From positions 1-31,813 of the forward strand of contig JANPJS010000078.1 in the NCBI GenBank assembly GCA_031425655.1: a stretch of 31,813 nt of DNA, in the 5' to 3' direction. The translations under genes were made by a program, and so were the position numbers. Origin of the DNA: Abditibacteriaceae bacterium. Lineage in GTDB: Bacteria; Armatimonadota; Abditibacteriia; Abditibacteriales; Abditibacteriaceae. Below the pieces are notes generated by a model. The model saw only the letters and a list, made by a program, of their open reading frames with translations. It was not told the origin of the DNA and made no database searches. Below are positions 9,702-17,971 of this stretch, piece by piece. Every line of letters begins with the position of its first letter. Position 1 is the first letter of the stretch.

Positions 9702-10205
9702 TTAGCGAATCAACTTACGAATGGTTTTCATTGGCAAATGCAAATGGAGAGGATCGTCAAGAAGCGGTTTAAAACCAAATCGTTCGTAGAAACGGCGCAC
9801 GTCCTCTGACAACGCCCAGACTTCCACAGAGTAAACGCCGATTTGCTCCGCTACGTCATAGGCGCGCAACAGGGCATCGTGCAGTAAGGTCTCGCCTAAT
9901 CTTTGCCCTTGAACGGCATGGTCAACTGCCAGACGGCCCAAATGCACCATTGGCAGCAAGCGAGGCAGACCAGCGCGTTCGTCCTGCGAAACGGCCTCCA
10001 CCATCACGGCCCCGCTGCTTAGCGTGTAATAACCCCAAACGCGCGCATCGCCCGGAGCAACAGCCACATAAGTGCGGCCCACGCTGCGCCGCGCGTTCTG
10101 CCCGGCGAAACGTCGTAGATAATCGTTTAGAGATGACACGCCGCAGTCGAAATCGGCGCGATTATGATGTGATGCCAGCAACTCGATGTCGAAGGGCTTT
10201 GTCAT
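9702..10205 (-). CDS. GNAT family acetyltransferase toxin (TacT/AtaT/KacT-like)
   Basis: '[19 protein letters not shown]', 'GYYTLS', 'LGRLAVD...[14 protein letters not shown]', 'FYERFGF'; ATGA overlap with the upstream antitoxin. Confidence 0.92.
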   Translation of the reverse strand: MTKPFDIELLASHHNRADFDCGVSSLNDYLRRFAGQNARRSVGRTYVAVAPGDARVWGYYTLSSGAVMVEAVSQDERAGLPRLLPMVHLGRLAVDHAVQGQRLGETLLHDALLRAYDVAEQIGVYSVEVWALSEDVRRFYERFGFKPLLDDPLHLHLPMKTIRKLIR

Positions 10206-10399
10206 GGTTGACGGCGCCGGATTAGTCGCTCATGCGACTCTTTGGCTCGTTTCAATGCGGGTGACGGCTCGTCGTCGCTTTCGAGGATTTCCAGAAAACG
10301 CACACTGTCACGCGCGCTGAGGCGTCGCAGCACAAAACCTTCCTCGTCTTCGGCTGTTGTCTCGCTCTCTGGCAATTGTTTTTCTTTGGCGGTTGCCAT
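10202..10399 (-). CDS. Short DUF1778/TacA-like antitoxin (C-terminal neutralising region only)
   Basis: 'LSARDSVRFLEILE...EPSPALKRA' matches the DUF1778 C-terminus; GAGGAG lies 10 nt before ATG 10399; translationally coupled to the GNAT gene. Confidence 0.75.
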   Translation of the reverse strand: MATAKEKQLPESETTAEDEEGFVLRRLSARDSVRFLEILESDDEPSPALKRAKESHERLIRRRQP

Positions 10400-10420
10400 A
10401 ATTCTCATGCTCCTCGTCGT

Positions 10421-11467
10421 TCATTGCCGCGCTTCAACGCTGGATGCGATGTTGACTTTGCCGGTTTGGGTGTCAATCAGGCGCGCGTTGATGACCGCGT
10501 AAGTGCCACGATCCGAAATGCTGCCGATAAGCACCAATCGCGCGCTGACCAGCTTGCCGAGCTTTTGCGCCTTTTCGCTGTCGAAAGTGTCGCTCAGGCC
10601 GATTTTCAATTCGGCCAGCGCCTTGTCCAACTGCCCGCGTTCGACGATTTCAAAGGCTTTAGTTTTAATCAGCGCCGTGGATAAATCCTCGCGCACGTTG
10701 TCACCATTAGAGGCCGCCAGTTGATTTTGTGGAATCAACTTGAACGAGGCAATCGCCAGCGTCGGTTTGATTTTCGACAAGTCGGGGTCATTCAGCATTT
10801 GCGCTTTAAAATCCGTCGCCAATTCGCGCAGCGACGATGGCTCGATGCGTAGAACTTTGGTGCCGTAAGTTTCCGTCGGTCGCGCCGCACTGCCCGGCGC
10901 CGCTGCCGTAGCAATCGGCGCATTGCCTTTGATGAGTTTGGCATCGCCCCACCAAGCCCAGCCAGCGTGTAAGTAAGAGTTAGAAAATCGTAGTTGCAGA
11001 CGAGCCATATTTTTAACAGATACACGAATATGGAATGGTTCATCTCCAGCACTCATTTCCTCGGACGCCAGTAAAATCTTGTTATCGCCCATGACGGTAA
11101 AGCGAAATTTCTCATTAGCATTTGGGAAATCATCACTAATTCCTACATCAGCCTCGAACCAATCAAATTCACGTTTAAGAAGGAAAACTGCTTCGCCCCC
11201 ATATCTTTGATCATCGAACCCGTTGTGCGTATGCCACGAGATGCTTTTATTGAATTTTCTACCACCAATCAAGGCATCGCCAGACTTCCAATTATCTTTC
11301 ATCCAATCACGGTCTTGCTGCTCGCTGTTTACAGCCACCGGCTTCATACCCGCTAAATACACCACGTTGGCATCCGGCGCGGCGTCTTGGGCGTGCGCGA
11401 GGCGCGGCAGCAAAGCGGCGGCGGCGAGGGTCGCCGGCATCAAAACTCGGTTCATCATTTGTCGCAT
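10421..11467 (-). CDS. Secreted NPCBM/NEW2 domain plus CsgG/FlgO-like domain protein
   Basis: Signal peptide AHA-Q; 'FEADVGISDD...FTVMGD...WGDAKL' NPCBM; 'FEIVERGQLDKALAE...AQKLGKLVSA...GSI...NARLIDTQTGKV' CsgG-like. Confidence 0.82.
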   Translation of the reverse strand: MRQMMNRVLMPATLAAAALLPRLAHAQDAAPDANVVYLAGMKPVAVNSEQQDRDWMKDNWKSGDALIGGRKFNKSISWHTHNGFDDQRYGGEAVFLLKREFDWFEADVGISDDFPNANEKFRFTVMGDNKILLASEEMSAGDEPFHIRVSVKNMARLQLRFSNSYLHAGWAWWGDAKLIKGNAPIATAAAPGSAARPTETYGTKVLRIEPSSLRELATDFKAQMLNDPDLSKIKPTLAIASFKLIPQNQLAASNGDNVREDLSTALIKTKAFEIVERGQLDKALAELKIGLSDTFDSEKAQKLGKLVSARLVLIGSISDRGTYAVINARLIDTQTGKVNIASSVEARQ

Positions 11468-11491
11468 TGGTTTTCTCCTGTTACCGCGATT

Positions 11492-12604
11492 TCAATCGCT
11501 GGCAATCGCCGTCACCCGATAATTTTGACTGCCTTCGATAAGCGCCGCCAACACCGCCGGCTTTTCCAGCGATGCGCAGCGAAACAGCGTGCCTTGCGGC
11601 GCTGCGTTGCGCGTCACTTGCGTCATACCCGGCATAGACACCAAGAATCGCTCGGCTTCGCTCGCCTGCTCCGGCGCAGCATCGTCGAACTGCACGGTGA
11701 TGGTTTGCGCCGGGAAACGCTTCAGCAACTCGGCGGGGAGTTCTTTCGCTACCGTCGCGCTTAAACTACCCAACGCCTTGCGCGCGGCTTGCGCTTTGGT
11801 CTGGCCGAAACCCTTTTCGCTCCAAGTTTGCGCGGTGAGAATTTCGCCGCTGTCGGCGCGAATCACACGCACGTTCGCCGTCGCGTTGTAGGAAATGATG
11901 CCTGCGTTGTCCTGCGAAAATTTCGCATCCACGCGCCCAGCCACCAAATGATTCGCCAGCAATCGCGTGCCGAGCGAGGCCAGTTCATTCGGAGGGCCGG
12001 AAACGGTGGCTTGCACCAAATTCGGCAACGGGCAGTTCGTCGCCACGAAATTCCAATCGTAGACGCGAAACTTCTGCTTGGTCAGCGCGCGTTGCACAGC
12101 GGTTTCAACCAATGGCGCGGCGGCGCGTTCGCCGTCCACGAATTCGGGCAACAAGGTGACGATAGAAAGATTCGGCAGCGCCGCCGCGCGAAACTGCGCC
12201 GCGAAATCCGTCTGCGTCTCTTTCAAACCCACTTCCAACGTATAACCGCCCGCCGCCTTGCTTTGCGAAATGACCGTCGCTTGAGAGGCGTTCATTTGCG
12301 CGGCGACGGAAGCCAACTGCGCGCCCCAAGTCCTCAACGGCGAGGGCACGCCGGGCGGCTGAAATCGCTGCGCCAAAGCGTAACGTATCGCGGCGCGTTG
12401 TGCGATTTCCAGCGAACCGGCTTTCACCGTAAGTTTGACGCGCACCAGATTGGCTCGCGTTGAAACTTTGTAAGACACGATGGCCGGTTGAGGCTGCGAA
12501 ATGCCACGCTGAACGTGAATCGTAACGTCTGCACAGACCATGCTTTGCAACACGGCAAGAATCGGCAGGAAAAAGAGGGCGGAAGTCCGGCGTTGAGCTT
12601 TCAT
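11492..12604 (-). CDS. Exported FlgT/CsgG-like alpha/beta domain protein
   Basis: Signal peptide; 'ANHLVAGRV...ATANVRVIRADSGEIL...GFG...AARKAL' resembles the FlgT-middle/CsgG fold; same operon direction as 10421-11467. Confidence 0.6.
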   Translation of the reverse strand: MKAQRRTSALFFLPILAVLQSMVCADVTIHVQRGISQPQPAIVSYKVSTRANLVRVKLTVKAGSLEIAQRAAIRYALAQRFQPPGVPSPLRTWGAQLASVAAQMNASQATVISQSKAAGGYTLEVGLKETQTDFAAQFRAAALPNLSIVTLLPEFVDGERAAAPLVETAVQRALTKQKFRVYDWNFVATNCPLPNLVQATVSGPPNELASLGTRLLANHLVAGRVDAKFSQDNAGIISYNATANVRVIRADSGEILTAQTWSEKGFGQTKAQAARKALGSLSATVAKELPAELLKRFPAQTITVQFDDAAPEQASEAERFLVSMPGMTQVTRNAAPQGTLFRCASLEKPAVLAALIEGSQNYRVTAIASD

Positions 12605-12713
12605 GGTGAGTCCAATTTACAGCCAACCGGCAACGAAATTAGTCGCATTCGACGCGAGGACACCGCAGCGGTTCAGAAAAGAATTGCCAACCAATGCGTC
12701 AGTTAAATTATTT

Positions 12714-12844
12714 GAGGGGTCGCAGAGTTTTTTCTGGGTTTCTCTCGTGCAATGACAAGGAGTTTTGGCTGATCCGAAAATCCGAGAATTTGGAGAAGGC
12801 CATTTTCCTTGTCAAATCAAGCGTGAAAAACTCCGCGACCCCTC
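12714..12844. mobile_element. MITE (131 bp) with terminal inverted repeats and a 9-bp target-site duplication
   Basis: TIRs GAGGGGTCGCAGAGTTTTT / AAAAACTCCGCGACCCCTC (18/19); direct repeat AAATTATTT at 12705-12713 and 12845-12853; inner inverted repeat TGACAAGGA/TCCTTGTCA. Confidence 0.85.
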
Positions 12845-12847
12845 AAA

Positions 12848-13873
12848 TTATTTAACCCGCCATAGTCGCACAGCTTTGGCGTAATTTACAGCCATTGTTT
12901 TGCCATCGGGAGAAAAGGCAAGCCACACCTGACTTCCAGATTCGTCCGAGCCGGGAGGATGAACGTCAGGCTCTGTGCCTTTAAGATTGAGCAGTAACTT
13001 GCCTGTTTGCACATCCCAAAATCGGACAGCATTGGCGTAGGTGCCGGTTACTAACCTAATGTTGTGGGGAGTAAAGGCAACCATCCACACAACATTAGGA
13101 TGTTTCAGGGTTAATGTCTGCTGACCGCGTCCTACGCTCCACAGCGTTACCAAGCCTTTGTGACTTCCGCGTGCGAGCAGTTTTCCATCTGGCGAGAAAG
13201 CCATGTTACCCGCTAGTTTGTCTTGCGTGAGCGTCCGTTTTGCTTTGCCATTTCGTATGTCATGCAACGTCACATAACCGAAACCACCAACAGCCAACGT
13301 CTCGCCATCAGGAGAAAAAGCAACTGACTCCACCGTATTATCGTCAACCGGCACTTGACTCCATTTCAACTTGCCGGTTTGCAAGTCCCACAATCGTAAC
13401 TCGCCTCTTGCAGACAGACCGGTTCCGCCGCCAACCGCTAACATCTTGCTGTCAGGCGAGAACGCAACCGAACTAACGACTTCGCCCTCGGATTGCCCAA
13501 TTAATGTGCGTAGCAACTTCCCGGATTGCACATTCCAGAGGCGCACCTTCCCTTTCATGTCGCCATTCGCTAACACTTTACCATTGGGCGAGAAGGCAAC
13601 GCAGGATACTATGCTGTTCAGGCGCAGAGTTCGGCGTTGCTGACCTGTTTCCACGTTCCATGTGCTTAAGACGCCGTATTCGGCATTGGCATTTGGGCCA
13701 GTCCATCTACCGCCACCAACGGCCAGGGTTTTACCGTCAGGCGAGAACGCAAGAGAAGACAAACCGTCGTTGCCATGCTGCAAAGTCCGCAACAGCGTCA
13801 CCTGTTGAGCATTTGCGTTCACCAGCCCGATGCCCAAGCACAACAAACACATCACCAGTTTTCTTTTCCTCAT
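12848..13873 (-). CDS. Secreted WD40-repeat (beta-propeller) protein
   Basis: About seven 'AFSPDGK.LA...LWD' repeats; signal peptide ANA-Q; GGAG RBS before ATG 13873. Confidence 0.9.
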   Translation of the reverse strand: MRKRKLVMCLLCLGIGLVNANAQQVTLLRTLQHGNDGLSSLAFSPDGKTLAVGGGRWTGPNANAEYGVLSTWNVETGQQRRTLRLNSIVSCVAFSPNGKVLANGDMKGKVRLWNVQSGKLLRTLIGQSEGEVVSSVAFSPDSKMLAVGGGTGLSARGELRLWDLQTGKLKWSQVPVDDNTVESVAFSPDGETLAVGGFGYVTLHDIRNGKAKRTLTQDKLAGNMAFSPDGKLLARGSHKGLVTLWSVGRGQQTLTLKHPNVVWMVAFTPHNIRLVTGTYANAVRFWDVQTGKLLLNLKGTEPDVHPPGSDESGSQVWLAFSPDGKTMAVNYAKAVRLWRVK

Positions 13874-13900
13874 TTTCTTCTCCAATCTTTGTTCGCAAAG

Positions 13901-13909
13901 ATTATGGCA
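13901..13909 (-). promoter_or_regulatory. Extended -10 element TGcCATAAT for the WD40 gene
   Basis: Lies 27 nt upstream of ATG 13873, with the RBS in between. Confidence 0.45.
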
Positions 13910-14070
13910 CGCAAGAAAGCCGCGCGCAATAAGACAACAAGTCATTGAAGCTGACCAGCCTCACCTTACAAGACCAGAGGAACCCCGCCCTTGCGCGGCT
14001 GGCAATTTAGCAAGCGTCGCACCGCGATTTGCCGCTGAAACGCACGGGCCAGTTATCCTTTGAATTGTTC

Positions 14071-14730
14071 CTATTCCGATTCAAGGCTCCAATGAAACAA
14101 CTGCTGGCTCTTGCATTTTTGGCGGCGCTGCCCGCCGTGGCATCCGCCGCTGTGGCGCAACGCGGCGACAGGAAGCAAGGTTTTAGCTCCGTTGCCGCGT
14201 GCCCATTCGACTCTCATTTCAGCCGACGCGGCGCTATCGAAATACTCGATTCCCAGATCGTGGTCGCCGGCCTTGAGCGCGACTCTGCCGCTGACTTCGC
14301 TCAAAATATGCTGTCCGCCGTTGTCCACTACCAATTTTCCATCAATATAAAGGCGCGATCCGTCGTCCGAAGAAGTGGAGAAAATATAAACGTCGTCGCG
14401 CGCAATGCGAATTTTGCCGCTCCAGCGCACGTAAAAGTTATCCAGCAGCTTGGTATCGGGCAAGCGTTCCGCCGTGGCTATGATTTCCGGTGTGGTTTCC
14501 ACGCGCGCCAGCACCGGTTTTTGGTCGGCGAGGACATCGGGAAAGGTATCCAACGTGTGGCACCAGCCGAATAATTCGCCTCCGGTCAAGCGGTAATAAG
14601 AGGCGACCAAGCCCGGTGCGGTCGCTTCGGGGGTTTCCTCAATTTCAGCGCCGCGTCCCGCGCGCGGCGTTGCCAACAAAATTAAGACAAGGCCGCTCAA
14701 TCGGGCTGCCAAGCAATTGCATCGCAGCAT
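14071..14730 (-). CDS. Secreted PA14 domain protein
   Basis: 'GLVASYY', 'DNFYVRWSGKI', 'F.TSSDDGSRLYIDGKLVVDNGG.H', 'LKAGDH...IEYF'; GAGGTG RBS before ATG 14730. Confidence 0.88.
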   Translation of the reverse strand: MLRCNCLAARLSGLVLILLATPRAGRGAEIEETPEATAPGLVASYYRLTGGELFGWCHTLDTFPDVLADQKPVLARVETTPEIIATAERLPDTKLLDNFYVRWSGKIRIARDDVYIFSTSSDDGSRLYIDGKLVVDNGGQHILSEVSGRVALKAGDHDLGIEYFDSAASAEMRVEWARGNGAKTLLPVAALRHSGGCHGGQRRQKCKSQQLFHWSLESE

Positions 14731-14771
14731 TTTCAGCACCTCGCTCCGGCCTTATTTTCAAAACTTGATTT

Positions 14772-15212
14772 TCAAAACTTGGGCAACTTAGCATCGAGCG
14801 CAGCCAGCAATTGCAGCAGATGACGGCGATTTTCGCCCAAATCGCTGCGTCCCAAACGCGCGGATGAACGGGCGTCCAACAGCACGCTATCCGGCGCGGC
14901 GCGCAGCGTGACGGTCAAGTCGTCGGTGAAAACTAAAACCGGAATTTCGGCGCGCACTTCGCCGGGATCAGTGGCAACCACGCGCCAGTGGCGGCCAAAA
15001 GTCACTAAATCGGGAATGATGGCCTCGACGGCTTCGCGCGCTTCGTCAACCGAACAGCGATAGCGGCGCGAACGCAAACGCGCGTCGGAATGATCGGCTT
15101 GTGTGGCCGAAAAGTTGGTCGGATTGAGCGCGCCGAGAACGGCCACGACGGCTCCAGCCAACGCAAAGGGCACTAATAACAATCGAAAACGGCGTTTTTT
15201 TTCAGTTGCCAT
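14772..15212 (-). CDS. DUF1499 domain protein
   Basis: N-terminal TM; 'FTDDLTV', 'DARSSARLGRSDLGENRRHL' signature; start moved to MATEKK. Confidence 0.88.
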   Translation of the reverse strand: MATEKKRRFRLLLVPFALAGAVVAVLGALNPTNFSATQADHSDARLRSRRYRCSVDEAREAVEAIIPDLVTFGRHWRVVATDPGEVRAEIPVLVFTDDLTVTLRAAPDSVLLDARSSARLGRSDLGENRRHLLQLLAALDAKLPKF

Positions 15213-15900
15213 GATTTTCCAGATACAGCAGGCGATTGCAGCTTTCGCAGGCGGGCCATTCTTTGGTTTTGGCTTCCTTGAGGTTGAAAGGCGTGAGAAC
15301 CATGCCGCACGCCGAACACATCCCTTTTTCCGGGTGCGCGACGGCGATGCCTTGATAGCGCCCGGCGAACGCCTCATATTTTTCGAGATGCGCCGGTTCG
15401 AGGGCTTTGGCGATGGCTTCGCGCTTGGCTAATGTTGCGGCCAGTTCGTCTTCGATGCGCGCGGTTTCGAGGTTGAAATGCGCTTCGACTTCGTTCGCCG
15501 CCTTGATTTTTGTTTTCCACTGCGCGTCGAGACCGGCCAAGCGTGCGGCGCCGCTTTCCTGCTCGTCCATGAGCATCAGAATCGCTTCGTCCAAGTCGCC
15601 GCGCGATTTGGCGAGGCCAGTTAAATCGCGTTGCAGCGCCTCAACTTCGTGGGCCGTTGTGGCCGTCATCAAGCGCCCATTTTGGCGCGCGATTTTTTCT
15701 TCGGTGGCTTTGAGCGCCAATTCGCGGTCGAGACGCTCGGAGTGCAGTTTTTGCTGCCGTTCGCGCTCTTCGGCGACGGCTTTTTCCAACGTGTCGCGCT
15801 CGCCGCGCGCCGAAGTGCCGTCGTCTAATTTGGCGCGGTCGCGGCGCAACTGCGCCAGAGTATTATCGGCTTCCTGAAGTTCAAACAATTGACGATTCAT
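15202..15900 (-). CDS. Coiled-coil C4 zinc-ribbon protein (DUF164, CT398/HP0958-like)
   Basis: 'LFELQEAD' start, long coiled coil, CSAC...CESCNRLLY; conserved neighbour of Nif3 genes. Confidence 0.9.
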   Translation of the reverse strand: MNRQLFELQEADNTLAQLRRDRAKLDDGTSARGERDTLEKAVAEERERQQKLHSERLDRELALKATEEKIARQNGRLMTATTAHEVEALQRDLTGLAKSRGDLDEAILMLMDEQESGAARLAGLDAQWKTKIKAANEVEAHFNLETARIEDELAATLAKREAIAKALEPAHLEKYEAFAGRYQGIAVAHPEKGMCSACGMVLTPFNLKEAKTKEWPACESCNRLLYLENHGN

Positions 15901-15906
15901 ATGACC

Positions 15907-15990
15907 TTTTGAGTTTTGAGTTTTGAGTTTTAAATTTTGAGTTATCGAATCACAACTCAAAACTCAAAATTCACAACTCAAAACTTGAAA
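15907..15990. repeat. Inverted heptamer tandem repeats, about (TTTTGAG)x5 followed by (AACTCAA)x5
   Basis: Seen directly; the two arms are reverse complements; the array overlaps the Nif3 stop codon. Confidence 0.9.
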
Positions 15991-17098
15991 ACGGGTTGGT
16001 ATCCAAGCCACAAACTTCGACAGTCAGGCCGGGGATTATTTGCAAAACATCGCGCAGCATCGGGACGGCGGCGCGTTCGGTGGCGGTGTGCGTGGCATCA
16101 ATGAGAGCAAGCCCCAATGCCTGCGCTTTGAGCGCGTCGTGGTGTTTGATATCGCCGGTCACCAGACAATCGCAAGCGCCGCGCGCTGCGGCCTCAATAT
16201 AACTCGCGCCGCTGCCGGGCACGCACGCCACACGCCGAATTTCGTTTTTGCCGGCGCGCACAAGGCGCAGATTCGGCGCCGATAAATTGGCCTGCACTTG
16301 CGCTGCGAAAGCGTCAAAAGGCAGCCCGGTTTCCAATTCGCCGACACGCGCCGAGCCGTAAGCGTTGGTCGCGTTGCGCAGAGGAATCACATCGTAGGCG
16401 ACTTCTTCGTAAGGATGCGCGCTTTTCATCACCGCGATGACTTCTTCGCTTTGCGCTTCGGGCACAATAATTTCGAGGCGCCATTCGTCCACGTCTTCGC
16501 GTTGTCCAAGCGCGCCAACGTGCGGATTGGCGCCCGCCAAAGGCCGAAAAGTGCCGCGTCCCGGAGTGCGAAAACTGGCTTCGTCGTAAAGCCCGATTTG
16601 CCCGGCGCCAGCCTGCCACATCGCCGATTGAACAGCATCCAGCGCTTGCGGCGGCACAAAAACCACGATTTTGCACAGCGATTCGCGGCCCGACGGCGCC
16701 AAAACCTGCACGTTTTGCAAACCGAGTTGATGCGCCAGAGCATCGCCCAACGCGCCCGGCGCTTTGACCGACAAAGGCGGCGCGTTATCGAGCGCGGTGT
16801 GCATCGCCACGAGGTTTAGATTTTGCGTGATGCAGCGCGCGGCCAATCGCGCGGTGTGGTCGCGAAAATTGAGCGAATCGAGAGGGCGGAACAGCAAAGG
16901 ATGATAAACGACAAGCGCGTCGGCGCGAAGATTTTGTGCGTCGTCTAAGGTGGCGTCCGTCGCTTCGTGGGCCACTACGGCCCGCGCGACCGGCGCGTTT
17001 TCGTCGCCGATTTGCAGGCCGACTTTGTCCCAGTTTTCGGCGCGGCGTAAAGGAAACGCAGCGTCCAATTCTCGAATTAAGTCACGAAGCAAAATCAT
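15971..17098 (-). CDS. Nif3-like dinuclear metal centre protein (YqfO type, with PII-like insert)
   Basis: 'AENWDKVGLQIGD', 'YHPLLF', 'HTALD', 'AGAGQIGLYD', 'HPYEEVAYD', 'TGDIKHH', 'HTATE'. Confidence 0.95.
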   Translation of the reverse strand: MILLRDLIRELDAAFPLRRAENWDKVGLQIGDENAPVARAVVAHEATDATLDDAQNLRADALVVYHPLLFRPLDSLNFRDHTARLAARCITQNLNLVAMHTALDNAPPLSVKAPGALGDALAHQLGLQNVQVLAPSGRESLCKIVVFVPPQALDAVQSAMWQAGAGQIGLYDEASFRTPGRGTFRPLAGANPHVGALGQREDVDEWRLEIIVPEAQSEEVIAVMKSAHPYEEVAYDVIPLRNATNAYGSARVGELETGLPFDAFAAQVQANLSAPNLRLVRAGKNEIRRVACVPGSGASYIEAAARGACDCLVTGDIKHHDALKAQALGLALIDATHTATERAAVPMLRDVLQIIPGLTVEVCGLDTNPFSSFEL

Positions 17099-17167
17099 AA
17101 GCCGGCACGAAGAATTCCAAATCGTAGGTTATCACGAAGCAACAGATAAGCGCGCCGCCAAGTGGTT

Positions 17168-17173
17168 TATAAT
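17168..17173 (+). promoter_or_regulatory. -10 element TATAAT for the prepilin-like gene pair
   Basis: Consensus hexamer 18 nt before ATG 17192, with GGAGG at 17181-17185; no clear -35. Confidence 0.45.
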
Positions 17174-17191
17174 CAAAGCAGGAGGCTCATT

Positions 17192-17965
17192 ATGCCACTC
17201 CGTTTCTCCGCTTCGCGCCGCGCTCGCGGCTTCACGCTCTGGGAAATTATCGCTGTTGTCGCCGTGATCGTCATCGGCACCACGCTTTTATTCCCGTTTT
17301 TGGCTCGCTTAACGGATAGAGGCAATCATAAATCAAGTTGCCAGAACAACCTCAAGCAGATCTCGATTGGCTTCAAACAATACATCAACGATTTCAGCGA
17401 GCGTTTTCCGCTTGTGGTTGTCACCGATGCAGCAACTACGACAGGTTTGCCGCCTTACGGCTGGGCCGATGCGCTGCAACCGTATCTCAAAAACGATCAG
17501 GTTTTTCAGTGTCCCGACGACTCGAACCAAGCCGCGACCTACTCCAACCCCGGTTACAGCGACTACTGGTATAACGCCAACTTCGTGTTGCGGATGAAGA
17601 ATAAGCAGGGCGCGACGATTTTCACGGGCGCCAACGAATCCGTTCTCGGCGGTTCATCGCAAACTGTTATAGCAGGCGACGGCGGCAACACAACCGAAAC
17701 GCCAACCGGCACCTCACGCTACAACCAATGCGGCGATGGCAGCAGCCTCAGCGGACGTAATCAAATCTGCGCGCCTCAACCGACCGGATTGGCAACTTAT
17801 CCCGCCGCACAACTTCATCTCGAAGGCGCCAATTTCGCCTTCGCTGACGGCCACGTTAAGTGGTATCGCGGCAAAAACGCCTCGCAATGCGCGCAAGTGA
17901 TGGGCAACCGCGCGACTCAAGCCAGCATCGGCGGCAATGCGACGTTTTCGCTGCTGAGCAAGTGA
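17192..17965 (+). CDS. Prepilin-type N-terminal cleavage / DUF1559 / H-X9-DG domain protein
   Basis: GFTLWE plus hydrophobic helix; 'SCQNNLKQI'; 'FQCPDD'; 'HLEGANFAFADGHVKW'. Confidence 0.92.
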   Translation: MPLRFSASRRARGFTLWEIIAVVAVIVIGTTLLFPFLARLTDRGNHKSSCQNNLKQISIGFKQYINDFSERFPLVVVTDAATTTGLPPYGWADALQPYLKNDQVFQCPDDSNQAATYSNPGYSDYWYNANFVLRMKNKQGATIFTGANESVLGGSSQTVIAGDGGNTTETPTGTSRYNQCGDGSSLSGRNQICAPQPTGLATYPAAQLHLEGANFAFADGHVKWYRGKNASQCAQVMGNRATQASIGGNATFSLLSK

Positions 17966-17971
17966 GATATT

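Noticed and set aside
13930..14000. Minus-strand GGTGAGGCTGGTCAGCTTCAATGAC resembles part of tRNA-Sec, and plus-strand GAAGCTGACCAG resembles the start of E. coli rnpB
   Set aside because: No T-loop, acceptor stem or CCA; far too short for RNase P RNA and lacks its core motifs.
14029..14574. 181-aa plus-strand ORF as a full gene
   Set aside because: Beyond the signal-like first ~20 codons after ATG 14092 it is the antisense shadow of the well-supported PA14 gene.
15907..15990. Repeat array considered as CRISPR
   Set aside because: 7-bp tandem units without spacers; no cas genes in the window.
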